Shown one piece after another: positions 39,004 to 51,600 of a stretch of DNA of 64,000 nt. Each line of letters starts with the position of its first letter. Position 1 is the first letter of the stretch. Position numbers and translations under genes: made by a program. The notes below the pieces were generated by a model. That model did no database searches. It was not told the DNA's origin and saw only the letters and a list, made by a program, of their open reading frames with translations. The stretch spans positions 28,355,940 through 28,419,939 of the forward strand of contig CM119264.1 of the NCBI GenBank assembly GCA_051294375.1. The letters run 5' to 3'. This stretch comes from Paraspadella gotoi (Eukaryota > Animalia > Chaetognatha).

Positions 39004-42000
39004 CCATCGGTGGACAACCTCGGACTTCAAACTTTCGCCACCCTCGTATTAAAAGTACCCTTAAAACGACACCCTTGGGTCCACAGCCAGGGCTGCTTCG
39101 TTTGTCATATAGTTATGAATACTAGGGTGGTTGCTTTTTTTTTTGGTGGGGGTGAGAAGCTTTTGATTTAATTTTGAAAATTGGAAAGTACTATGTCTGC
39201 AAAAAGGTGCATCAATTGGGAAAGGTGCCGACGAAGATAACGGAACGACAGCGTATTTCTGGACGAACCTCAATGTTTCGATGGCCGTAATTGAGTTTGC
39301 GGACAAGGAAACGCTACTGAGAACTTTATTCATAGTTTATTTACAAACTTACTTTTCGGTCCGCTTTAAGTCGGATATAAATGGAGGAAATTTTTTTTTT
39401 TTTTTATCCCGCAATCTCTGGATTCTGACTTTGACGCGATTTTCAGCGGCTGCGCGTTCCTGCTGGCAGCGTGGACCGACCGGCTGAGGCAGCGTTTTCG
39501 GGTGGTGCCACTCATCGTCTTTCGGTCAATGGCCACATTTTATCGCCTTTTCATGGATTTTCTTCCGCGCGACAGACTTTTTTTTTTCAACTTGATATGT
39601 CGTTTCAAATTCCTTCAAGTACTACGTAAAGTAATAAAAAACGTTTCCGATTTTTTTTTCCTTTTTTGAATAAAAATCTTCTCGTTAAATTAATAATTTT
39701 GAAATTTCATCCTCATAAATTTTTATGCACTCAATAAGTTTTCATAAGTTTTTATAAGTTTTTAATTTAGTTTACCAAATTCCTCATCTTGTCTAATACT
39801 AATTATATTTCTCAAGATGGTTATAAGTAGTAATGATGACTTAGATGTTTAACATTACTAACACAATTAATTTTCGCGACAAAGCATCAATCGACTCTAA
39901 CTAGACTTTGGTATTCATGCCCCACTACCGGCCCTACCCCCTTTTCCCCGACTCTTGTGATCTCGAGTCACGATGAATGATGTGAGACAAATTTATCGGA
40001 TTTTTTCCCCTTTTCTGTCGTTAATGCTTTTTTTATATTTTTTTTTTTCCAAAACGCTTTTTCTCACGCTTTTTTCTTTTTCCCCGTTTCCTTTCTATTT
40101 TCTGCCACCATTCTATCTTTTTCACGGAATGTGTGACGTCGTCTTATCTCACGTGTCTATTTCACACTCTGTCCGTCTTCTTTCGAAACGAATCGCGTAG
40201 TGAGCAATCCCTACGACCCTCGCCTGCAACATCCAGGGAGTCTCGCTTACCCTGATGTGGAGCAGGACGCCGAGGAGGTTGAGACCCACGCCCCTATGAA
40301 CGGAGAACTACCGCCAGGAGGTTGGTCGGCGACATGGATTTTCACTTGACAGGCTAATCGAGGCGACGTCTTTTGGTCGTCTTTGTAACTCTCGTCGCGA
40401 TCTGCAGCATCGAATCCTTTTTGGCGACGAATTACTCTAGATACTATTTAACTAATTTTCATGTATTTTTTTGCACGCGTAGTTTATCATTATAATTTTT
40501 ATCTATTAGTATGGTAGTGACTACCGTAGTCACATTACATTGTCATTTGGCAGTCACGCGCCCATTTTTCTTGTTTCAGACCTTCGGTGGCGCGACCCAG
40601 ATTTAGAAGAAGTGATAGAATATTTGTCGCACGACAACGAGGCCATTCGCGCCAACGCCGCAGGTAACTAAAGAACAATTATTACTCTCAATAGGCTCTA
40701 AAACGTATGGTTAGTCTCTCACATTATTTTAATATTTTGAGCAGTTTGTTTTATTTGGTCCTTGGTTTATTATTTATGTATGACCTTGTATGTATTTTGC
40801 CGAATCACTATAATCATGGACAGTATTTTTCACCGAATCAGCGCTTACTCCATTTTGTTTTTTTTCCCCCACAGCTTATTTGCAACATTTGTGCTACAAA
40901 GACGAATCAACGAAGAACAAAGCGCGTCTCCTTAACGGGATTCCCCCTTTGATAAAACTTCTCAAGGTCAGTAGTAGCGAGCGTTAAACTCCCTCCCCTG
41001 AAGTCCGGTAAGAATTTCAAATTTCTTCCCAATACAGAGTGATAACCCCGAAGTATGCCGCAACGCTTGCGGCGCCCTCCGCAACCTCTCCTACCGGGAT
41101 CGTCGTCATCCCGATTCTTCCGACGACAACAAAAGAGCAATCAAAAACGCCGAGGGCATCCCCGACCTCGTGCGGCTTCTGAGGAAAACCAACGACGATG
41201 AAGTTCGCGACCTCATCACGGGGATTTTGTGGAATCTTTCCTCGTGCGAGGTAGTAGGGGGTTACAGCGTCACTATTGAGTTGGGAGGCTTCTTTGAGAT
41301 TATCGTTTTTTTTTCTTCCAAATTTGTGATATTTCCAATTTATTATTATCGGATGTTATTGCGTTTTCCTAAAGCTCCGCCAATATGGCTTTTTACTTAG
41401 TAAATTGACCTTAATAGTTAATACTTAATTTTGCAATTGTTGAATAAGCTAACATATAAAAGACATGTTAAAAATAACATATATAAAAGACAATAATTTT
41501 CGCGCCAGGAAATAAAAAAGTCCATTATCGACGATGCCCTGGCCGTTCTAGTCTCTCATGTGGTCTGTCAGTACGCGGGTTGGGAATCTCAGCAGGATGC
41601 AATGAGACTCAAAGACATTCCCTGGACCGATGAAATTCGCAACACTTCCGGAATTCTTAGAAACATCTCATCCGCAGGTGAATACAATAAGTTGGCTTTT
41701 ACAACTATCCGATATTAATTAAATGTGGTTAAAAATTGAACTTTTTTAAACATTCATTAACCTCCGTAATAATCGTTAAGTTTATTGCCGTCCATGCCGT
41801 TTTTAAAAGAGCTTTTGTGAAATTGCTTGTTGCGAAAATCCCCAGCCTAAGCGGGGGAACTAAAGAAGATTAAGTTCGACTTTTAATTTTACTTTTATTC
41901 TTTTGTTTTGTATTTTCAGTGTGCTAGTTTTATCTTTTTACCTTTCATTTTAATCCGTTATGCAAAGCACATTTGTCACGAGCAATTTCCTCTAATTTAA

Positions 42001-45000
42001 TCGATCATTTCATGTCTATGCATCGATTAAATCGATTAATATTCGCCTTTTTTGTGAACTTTTAAAACACAATATTTAAATATTCCCCGGGGATCGAAAT
42101 CGAGCCAAAGTGTTTCTCCTCGATTATAAACAGGTGGGCGAGAACCCGCTTATCGACGGAAGATGCGCGAATGTGAAGGGTTGGTCGAATCTCTGCTTCA
42201 CATCATCAGATGCGCCATTCACAAGGGCCAATCACAGGCCTCCGCGCACGACGCAATATCGAAGGCGCCCATCGATAACAAGTTCGTTGATGAATTAAGA
42301 TCAGAGTTATCTTTTAACCTATATTCCCGAAAAAAGTTTTGAATAAAGATTTATCTTATTATGAATTCCTTCGTTTGGTCTTTCACTTTTACTAGTATGG
42401 TTCGATACCTTTCCCCTTGCTTATATTTCTCCTTATTAATTGCTCCTTTCTCATTCACGTCTTTCATAATTTACTTTCAATTGTCAAATTAAGGTGCGTC
42501 GAGAATTGCATGTGCACCCTGAGGAACCTCTCTTACCGAACCCAAGAAGTCGACGATCCTGACTATGATCAGCCTCATCTTGGCGCAAGTATGTAACTGA
42601 AACTACTAGTAGATTATTCTATCGATGTGGATGTTGTGGATCTCTATAAAGCGTGAAAGAACTAGTTTAATGAAATTCATGTTTTTAATGGTACATATAT
42701 ACGTATAATATTGTATATGCCAATATTGCCAATAAATACCTCTTGGCTCAGCAGCGGCGAACGGCAGCGTCAATGGAGCCGGCGACTCCAAAGCTGAGAG
42801 TTCGACGGGCTGTTTCGGCGCCGGCGGGAAGGGAAAACGTGAGGACGCCCAAATCGGAACATATCGCCCCGCAGCGAACCAAAGGTGAGTTCAGGGAGAC
42901 TATAAACTTTTAAGCGAGGAATATTTGAAGAAAATTAATGGGCTCTATAGTGTGAGTTTAGGAATTAAGTCACCAATTTGCCTCTTTTTCCAGCGTGACC
43001 TTCACACGAGTGGGTGGCGATGGTGGCCCTCCTAAGGGCCAGGAGCTGCTCTGGCATCCCGACACGGTGAAACCCTACCTCTACCTCCTCGCCGAGTGTT
43101 CCAATCCTTCGACGCTGGAGGCCGCGGCCGGCGCCATCCAAAACCTCTGCGCTTGCACCTGGCAACCCGCCGTCGAAATCCGGGCGGCAGTCAGGAAGGA
43201 AAAGGTAAGATGGGGGAAGCGTGAGGACTGGAAGGAAAGCTTTTTCGCGCTTATGGAATATGTAAGTATGTAAATCTGTATATCTGTATTGTGCTTACTT
43301 GTTTGAAAGGAGAGGGGAAAGAAGTGGGGAAAAGAGAGGGAGAGAAAAAGAAAAGGAAAAAGAGAGAGAAGAATAACGTTGAGCGACTAAAGACAATATC
43401 AACAAATACATTGTACGTTTAATATCGAATAATTAAAAAAATGGTTCAAATCGCCAGGGTCTCCCATTCCTCGTGGAGCTTCTTCGCATCGAAGACGATC
43501 GCGTCGTCTGCGCCGTCGCCGTCGCCCTCCGCAATCTGGCGATCGACACGCGCAATCGAGAGCTGATCGGCAAATACGCCATGCGCGATCTCGTCGCGAA
43601 AATTCCCACCACGGACACGTTGAGGTTCCCTTTGATGCCGTTTTTCAATTTTGAAATAGTAGACAAAATGTTTTATAAAGTTATTCTCTTTTATTCTTAT
43701 ACGACTCGTCTCTTTTTTTCCCCTACGCCCTTTTTCCGATTCCCTATTCGACCTGACAGAGATCAGCGGCCCTCCGACGACACGCTCGCCGCCGTTCTCT
43801 CCATCCTTCACGAAGTCATCAAAAAGAATTCTCCCTTCGCAGTGTCGCTCTACGAGGTGGGCCTGGCATCTTGCCGAGAAAAATGCCCTAGTGCCGAAAA
43901 ATAGTAATCGTACTTGGAGCATTAGATTTTAAGTATTAGTTGTTTGTACAAGAGAGAATCTCGTTAAACCCTATTAATTTTAAGATATATGAAATTAAAC
44001 TTTAATTCAGGCTAATGGGGTGGAAAAGCTGGTCAACATTACGAGGTCAAAAGGCGAATACGCTGCCAAAGTCCTAAAATTAGCTGCTCAGGTGAGTAAA
44101 TAAGTTAAGATCAGACTAGTAAATAATTAAATAATTATAACAAACTTTATCAAAAATGATTATAATTGTCAGGTCCTCTCGACGATGTGGGGATTTCGAG
44201 AGCTCCACGCCGTCTACCGAAAAGGCGGATGGAACAATTCACACTTCAACACCAAAACTCTCATGGCTGCTTCCACAACTTCGTCTTCAGCGCAGAGTGA
44301 GAAACTAATATCTTTAATGAAATTTATTCCGATGCTTTAAGTATTACTTTAAGTTTAATTTGATGGATCGAACAAGTACGTGGTGTTTTTCGATCATTAT
44401 AAATGACTCATCTAATCAGCCATTTGTTTATTTACGTCTCCCTTCCCATCTTCAGACTCTGGCGCCCGATCGCCCGGATCCGGTCCCTCGCGATCATCGC
44501 CGGGCCTGAGTTCGCCGGGCGCGGGTGGCGCCACTCCCCCGACCGGCGTCTCAACACTCGCGCGACAAAACGCCCCCCGCGGCGGCGACTACGACGATCG
44601 AACGCTTGTCATAAACCGCGGAGGCGGCGAAGTCAACGGTGGAAGGAGAGGAGTAAGAAACGAAGGATACTCACAGGTACAAGCGGCCGGGCTTTGATTT
44701 TGACTAATAATAACAATACAAGGGAATATTTTACATTTTAATTTTAACGGGTGTTGCTAACGATGGTGAACATTATCGATAAAGAAGAATCAACTAAATT
44801 TATTAATTTATTTAGCTGTTAGCATTACCCAGAGACAAAACTTATCAAATATAAACCAAGAATTGTCCCCCTTATTCACTTATTCTTTATGATTCACTCC
44901 TACTTTGTATTGTCATCTTCGCCCCGTTTACAGTTTCACATTTTCCCCTCGTTCACTTTTCGTTCATGAATTTAGTTATAATTTCATATCCCATTCCCAT

Positions 45001-46910
45001 TTCGATATCCATGATACCTAAGCTAACTCCTTTCCTTTCCTTTTTCTTTATCCTTTGGTTTTTTTCCCCAATCTTCATTTGGCCTTTTTGTCGTCCGTTT
45101 TCCCTTTGTTTTTCTGCCCCGTGACGAAAAAAAAAAAAAACAAAACAACGCATGAATGATTCAATTTTTAATACGACTATGCCTGTAAATACTACTAAAA
45201 CTCCCTCACCCATTTCCGTACCCCTATCGGCACAACGCTAACAACTTCACGAAATCTCTTTTTCAAAAAGAAAAACGGTTCCCGGTCCAGAGGGGCCGCA
45301 AAAGCCGACGCCTTGGAACAGAACGCCTGGGATGACGCCGAATTTGGCGGTCGCCGCGGCCGACGGCGACCGCCAGATCCAAGAGAGACAGACATTTTCT
45401 GAGAAAAAAATTACTTCGCCAGTTTATATCAAGCACAAAATTATTTAGAAATTTTCGCCACGTCAAACTTTCTCATTCACGACGAAATTTCTAATAAAGG
45501 GTATTATTATATATTACGCTTAGGCTCAGTGTTACTCGTTTTGAGCGGTGATATTTCGTTAATTGCGAGCACTGTGTGACGAGTGTTGTTTTTAGCACCA
45601 ATAATCGTGGGAATTCAAGAAAGAAACGTGATCTTAAGTCATGATCTTAGATCTCGTCACACAAAAAAATGACCCAATTCGTTAGACGTCTAAAAATCAG
45701 CTTAGCTCACGGTCTCATATTCCTCGGCAGTGTTCAGTCGTCACTGAATGTTTTTAGTCACCGAATTGAAAAATCGTTGCACGGAATATTTTTTTTAATC
45801 CGTTCTTCACTGGCGGCAGAATATGCATGAACACTTCTTTATATGTAACACCTTCTATGTCAATTCCTTATCTAACTCTCAACCTAAATTAAATCCGGTA
45901 TGAAGCCAAAAGAAGTGTTCTAATACGTTTGAAAACGATTTTTTTTTTATTTTATGCCTTTCTTTTGGAACCTTTCTTTTTTCACACTTTCTTTCGTTCT
46001 TTTCTCGACACCGCCATCCCACGTTTCGCTTCTCGAATTCGCAAAACGAAAAAAAAAAAAATCTTCCGACTGAAATAAGGATGACCCCGGGGTTCAAGCG
46101 ATCCCCCTGCACGAATTAAGCCCCCCCTCGGACGCTATTCCCCCCAACGGCCCCCTCCACTCTTCCTTCTCTAACTCCTCGTGTCTCGGCAACGCCCCCT
46201 CTGTGGCGATGATGAACGCGGCCTTCGCGGCCCAGCTCGACCCCTCTTACCCGATGGGAGTGGCGGCAGGCAGCTACGTGGCCGCCGGGGGCAGGGGTTC
46301 CGTTCACGAGGCACCAGTCAAGAGCGTCGACGACGACGACGACGGAGATAGCGACGACAATGAGGAAGAGCCCCTCATGATCCCGTCCGTCGAAGACCCT
46401 CGTTATGTGCGTTGGGTTTAAAAAATAAAGATGAAAATAGGGGAATCTTTCCTTTTTCTTTCCGTTGTTTATTTTTTTTTTCTTTTCGACGTTAAAAGCC
46501 GTGCCGTTGTTAGCGTTTTTCCCCCCCCTCCCTGCTTCCCCGCAAGGATTTTTTTGCCAACTGTCCTTTCTTTTTGTAGAATAGAAATTCTGGTATATTT
46601 TTCTTTCATTTTTCGTCGTTTGTTATTCGTTGTTTAAATCCGCTTCATGTAAGGAGTCCATGTATGAATTCTTTTCTCTTTCTTTCTAAACCAGGGCGGT
46701 CTTCCCCAATCCGCTCCCCTGATGCCACCGCATCCGCTGGGGGAGCCTCTCTACGCGCAAGTCAACAAGCAACGCGGCATGATGGGCGCGTCTCCGCACG
46801 GCGTCGCGCCGTCCCGCCTCGGCGCTGATCCCAACGCCGACCCCAACTCGCCTCAACATTTGGGAGCGCCGGGTGTTGATCCGGCTCAGGGAGGCGACAG
46901 CTGGGTATAA
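28191..46910 (+). CDS. CTNND2: Delta-catenin / p120-catenin subfamily armadillo-repeat protein (21 exons)
   Basis: Exons 28191-28236, 29315-29408, 29578-29777, 36498-37085, 37758-38396, 40201-40320, 40580-40663, 40875-40966, 41038-41250, 41509-41677, 42134-42281, 42494-42588, 42752-42884, 42994-43204, 43458-43624, 43760-43856, 44011-44091, 44173-44296, 44456-44676, 46080-46406, 46695-46910 chain in phase. Hallmarks: [101 protein letters not shown]-terminal PDZ ligand DSWV. The ARM region (40580-44296) is secure; the first five exons are linked by phase only. Confidence 0.93.
31000..31163 (-). mobile_element. tRNA-derived SINE-like element or tRNA pseudogene (Gly-CCC-like head 31163-31092) in delta-catenin intron 3, antisense
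   Basis: 72-nt head with a perfect 7-bp acceptor stem GCGGCCA/TGGCCGC, A-box-like TGGTGCCGGAGG, TCGCCTCCCAA (as in the tRNA-Gly CCC anticodon arm) and B-box GGTTCTAGGCC. Anticodon and T stems are mismatched. A ~90-nt tail carries hairpins. Confidence 0.65.
34370..34822 (+). promoter_or_regulatory. Probable internal alternative promoter and first exon (MPGVT, ATG 34807) of the delta-catenin gene
   Basis: CCAAT cluster at 34374, 34394, 34403 and 34408; CT-rich leader; AAAAATGCCCGGCGTTACGA|GTAAGT donor in phase 1, matching the acceptors at 36498, 37758, 40201 and 40580. Confidence 0.5.
36599..36922 (+). repeat. Coding tandem repeat, 12 x 27 bp, encoding NPYGT(H/I/L/Y)(Q/K/N)(P/S/R/E)(E/N)
   Basis: AATCC(G/A/C)TA(C/T) every 27 bp within exon 36498-37085; many differences between units are synonymous. 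Confidence 0.95.
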
Positions 46911-48641
46911 CGCCGCATCCTCATTTGCTCCCTGCCCCGATTCTCCATTTTTTCTTAATTTTGGTTTTAAAACCGAAAAAAAACTAACGTCGGTATCATT
47001 CATTCTTCGTGTTATTTCTCTATTAGTACCATTATGTAATGAATTATTGTTTTTGACATTTCAAGCTGCGGTAGTCTCTCCCCACCGAGTTTTGTGAAAA
47101 AATAAAATATTTGCTAGGTTACGTATTTGACAGATATTTCGCTATCAGTACGCTGTCAGAACTGTAACGTATTTCGGAACTCCGGAAATTGATGTTTGGG
47201 ATACTATATCTCACAACCGCTACAATAACATGCGGTAAAGGCGCAAACAAATGTGAAATGTGTACTTAACCGTTTATTTTCGAGAATTCTTTGACCGTTA
47301 ACTCATATATCACGCTATCCCCATTTTAATACCATCGTTGATTTTTAAACCGAAGCTACGCGGTCGTCCAACGCATACTTTCGTTGTAACCCTATAAGAA
47401 TTCGTGCATTCTCCTCGAGGATATAAATCCAGGAATTATATCCATTTATAATTTTATTTCATCGGCATTTCTCGTTAAATATGTCTTACCCGCTTTAGGC
47501 TGGCTCTCCACAAAAACTGTTAGTTGGTTTGTGCCAAACTCTTATACCTTTTGTTTATCTAAAAATTAAGATTCACGCGGCAGTTTTATAGTTATGTACT
47601 CTGTTACATAAATCTACAGGTAAGAATTTAGAAAAAAAAAATTTAACCTTGTTCTAAATTGATGCTTGTATCTGTTATGGCTGTTTTTGTTCTGCGTGTA
47701 GGATGTTCTATTTCTTTTCATATACAGTAATACAACCTCTCCGCTTTGCCTGTATATAAATTTGTTATGTCAAAGCTCTGTTAAATTTTTCTTGTATAAT
47801 ACGTTACCGTATTGCGTCTATCTCGATAAAGAAATAAACTTTGTATGTGAATGATTGAATTCAGCACTTATTGGAAGATGTTAAACGCCTTTATACGAGT
47901 TTTAAAACGCTAATTCTCAATTAGTTAATAGAAGTAAGGGACAACAATGTTTTCTCTCGTTCAAATTGACTACAGTATACCCTTTTTTTTTGAAGTTTTT
48001 GAAGTTAAATAATCCAAACCATTTTGAGATCGACTATGTATTTCGTACAAAATAATATTTGTAAGAACAGCATCAAATAAACAAAATCATTAAATGCAAT
48101 AATATATAAATAGGAGTTAATTTTAAGGATTTCGCCGAATGTCACGTATAAAAATCAACATAAAAATCAAGCTTGTCTTAAAAGAATGCCAGTATAAATT
48201 TTACCTAAATCTTTGCTAAATATAAAGCGAACTTACATTTAAAATGTAACCAGGAATGTATATTTTAATTTTCAACCCTAAACAAAGGAAACTGAAGCAA
48301 GTGAAATGGCGATGCAGAAAGGTTTCGGGAGCAAATCTCAAAGGGGAAACCATAGATCTAAAAAAATATACATCCCTGACGACATAAAAGTTAGTTTTAT
48401 AAGTTAAATTTTTGCTGATCTTGAGACTCGGTTTTTTAAACTTTTCCTTTGAAAAGTGGTGATCACGTAATTATTGCAAAGAATTATTTCCGCAACATAT
48501 TTTTTAGGGCTTGTACCTGATATCAATGTACACAGGTAAGGGAAGGGGAGTTTCCTTGGGGTTATACATAATGTCCTAAAAATATTTCTATCCCGGTATA
48601 ATTATGACCAGAAATTAAAAAATAAAGGAGAAGAAAGAGAA

Positions 48642-51600
48642 TCACTGAAACTCTGTCACAAGCTTCTTGGCGGCTTTGGCAATCTCGTAGGCGCACTGAA
48701 TGACGGCCTGAGTGTAGGGGGCGGCGGCGGCGGCTGAATTCGTTGACGTCATCGACGCCGTCATCGAGGCGTTGGATTCCTCCGCGCCGGATTTGGAAGC
48801 GGATTCCGGGAGAAGGCCGGCGCTGGCTAAGGCGTGATCGTGGCACTGAACTTGGAGGCGCGCGGCGCTTCCGGTGAGGGCGTGGAGCGCCTCGCAAATC
48901 GCGTCTGATTCCGGTCGTTGGGGGAAGAGCGCCGCCATGTCCCGAACGGCCAGGTATATCTTTTCCGCGCAGGGACCATACGCCGCCTCCCGACCGTCTT
49001 GGGCGGCTAACAACAACTGGAAGACAACCAAAACAAAAAAATCTGACTTTAATCTACAGTCTAGACAGGACTGACTATGTAATTGAGAATACGGATACAC
49101 TTGCTTGTTTATTGAAAGAACGTTAGGCGACTTATAAATGGACAATTTCAGCCAGCTCATAAACATTAAACAATGACAATTTTAAAGTTAAAACCAACTA
49201 TGGCCATTGGCCATAAAAGTAAAAAGTTATTTGTTTTTATCAAATTGTTTAATGTTTATGAAATGGTACGTATTTAACAGTTTTTTCAAACGACTTTAGT
49301 CTTGTTAAAATTGTCACCATATCAGCTCTCCAGATGTCACCACATGTCCTCACCTCCTGAATCTTCCTCGTGATCTTCTCCGTCTTCCGCACGACGTCTT
49401 CCTCCCGCGGTAAATACTCATGAGAGTCACGACGAACGATTTGGGCGTCGAACGTCCCCGCCGCCGGCGTTGTCGTTGTCCCGCCCACTTTGGCGCCTTC
49501 CGCGACCGGCGACGCCAAGTGACACGAGTCCGTGGGGCTGGCGTTGTCGTAGTCGGAGGCGCCTCCGGCCGAAACGCGGATCCCGGAGTCGTTGGCGGGA
49601 TGCTCTTGCTCCGTGGGGAGGAGGCGGGGTTGGGGAGGGGAGGCGCCGGGTTGGCGAGAGGAGGTGAGCGGCGGGGGGCGTTTCCTAGACGTCGGAGTGG
49701 AAGACGAAGTCCGAGGAGGCGAAAGGGCGGAGCGATCCGGCGGAGGGAGGGAGTTATCGTTGGCGTTGGAGGGCGAGGGGTTATCCACGGCGGCGGCGGC
49801 GTCCGCGGCTGTCTCGATGTGAGCGTAATCGTCGAACTGTTCCTCGTTGCAAACTTGCGGAACTTGAGCGATTGGGTTGGATTAGGCATAAGTTAAATGA
49901 ATAAATAAATAACTAATAAGCTTTATTTTAAAATTGATTCCCCCGAAAAATAACTTACTCGAGATGCCTGTGTCGAGTCCTTTCATTTTCCGCAAAGCGA
50001 CGTTTTCGTGCATCAACTTCCGCACCATGTTTTGCAGCAGGACGATTTCTTGCTTCAGTTCTCGATTAGAGACGAGAAGTTGCTGCACCCGCGTGTCGGA
50101 GAGAGTCAGCGCCTCCTTGAGCGCCACGTATTTTTCGATCGTGACCGAGTCTGCGTCTGTCACAAGAGGAGGTGGGAAGTGGGTTGTGTGACTCTTGGAC
50201 CCATTTGATTAAAATCAGGCGAAGAAAATAACTCACTGGAGAAGTCCTCGGCTTCCAAAAGTTTGACGCTCGTCCTGGGACGAGACGCGGCGGATCTCCG
50301 ACTCTCTTCGCTCATCTTTGTGCCTGCAGGAAAAAGGGATCGTGTTTTAATGTGAGAAGTTTATAAGATTTTTTTTTTTTAATAATATAAACAAAATTTA
50401 AAAGTTTACTTTTATTTAAAGCACAATATTTCGAAAACTTCTGTCTTCATAAAAGGTGCATATTTCTTGAATGTATGCACCTTTGATGAAGTCAGAAGTC
50501 TTTGAAATTTTGTGCTCTAAATAAAAGTAAAATTATGTTGTTTTCTTCAAAAAACATGAAAGATACAAATTGCCAGACAAGACCAAATAAACTTCTCATA
50601 TTGAAATAAAAAAACCTTGCCGAAATAAATTCTCTGAAAAACCAGGTGGGGTTCGGGAATTTCTACTTTCTTTCTACGCCAAGTGGCCTGACCCCTTTGG
50701 GTCTTCCCCTTACCTAGACTCAGCGCGTCGGCGTTGGACTCTTCGTCCGACGCAACGCTGTCGTAAAGAGGTTCGTCGTAGTCTTCGTCGTCGTTGGCGC
50801 CGGTTCGTCTCGAAGACCGGACGGCCCCCTTTTTCCCGAGCGCCGCCGTTAAGGAAGACGCAGGGCGACCGCAGAGGGCGCCGGTCGCGGAGGCGTTGAC
50901 GCGGGGAAAGGTTCCAGCGTGATTAGCGGCGACTGAGGGAGAGAGAGAAAAGAGAAATGGGATTTTAAAAGGAAAAATAAAAGAATGAACAGAAAAATAT
51001 CAGGGGAAAAAAATAAACTACGGAAAATATAAAAAGTAGTTATAAAGTAATTATAATATAATATAGAATAAAAGCTGATATTTTGAAATCGGACCATCAC
51101 TTAAAAGTCACAACTTATTTTTAACTAAGAGACTGACCCGTTTGAGATCGTTGACCCCCGAGAGATGACGCTGGTCCATCGTCTTCGTCGGCACCGACGT
51201 TCATCAGCGACGTGATGACGTTTTCGGCCCAAGAGGTGGCGTTGGCACCGCCGCCCCCGCTCATAGCCATGACGCCGCCGACGCCGGACGAGACCAGCAA
51301 CTCCTCGTCGCCGCCTGGCGGGCAAAAAAAACAAAAATAAATTAATTGATAATTAATCAAAATAAATTACAACTGGATCGTTTTACTGAACTACTCCAAC
51401 TTTATACTATACTATTTGTTATATGTAGTAATAGACGCATAGTTTAAAAACACGGAAAAATTTTAACCACAATAATATGACAATATGACTTCGGTTTAAT
51501 GATCACCAAAAAAAAAAATAGTCGCCTATCTTCAACTAATTTAAAATTTTTGTTATTAAAGGCGAGACGTTCAACCTGTTTGACATAAGAAGTTTGTTCA

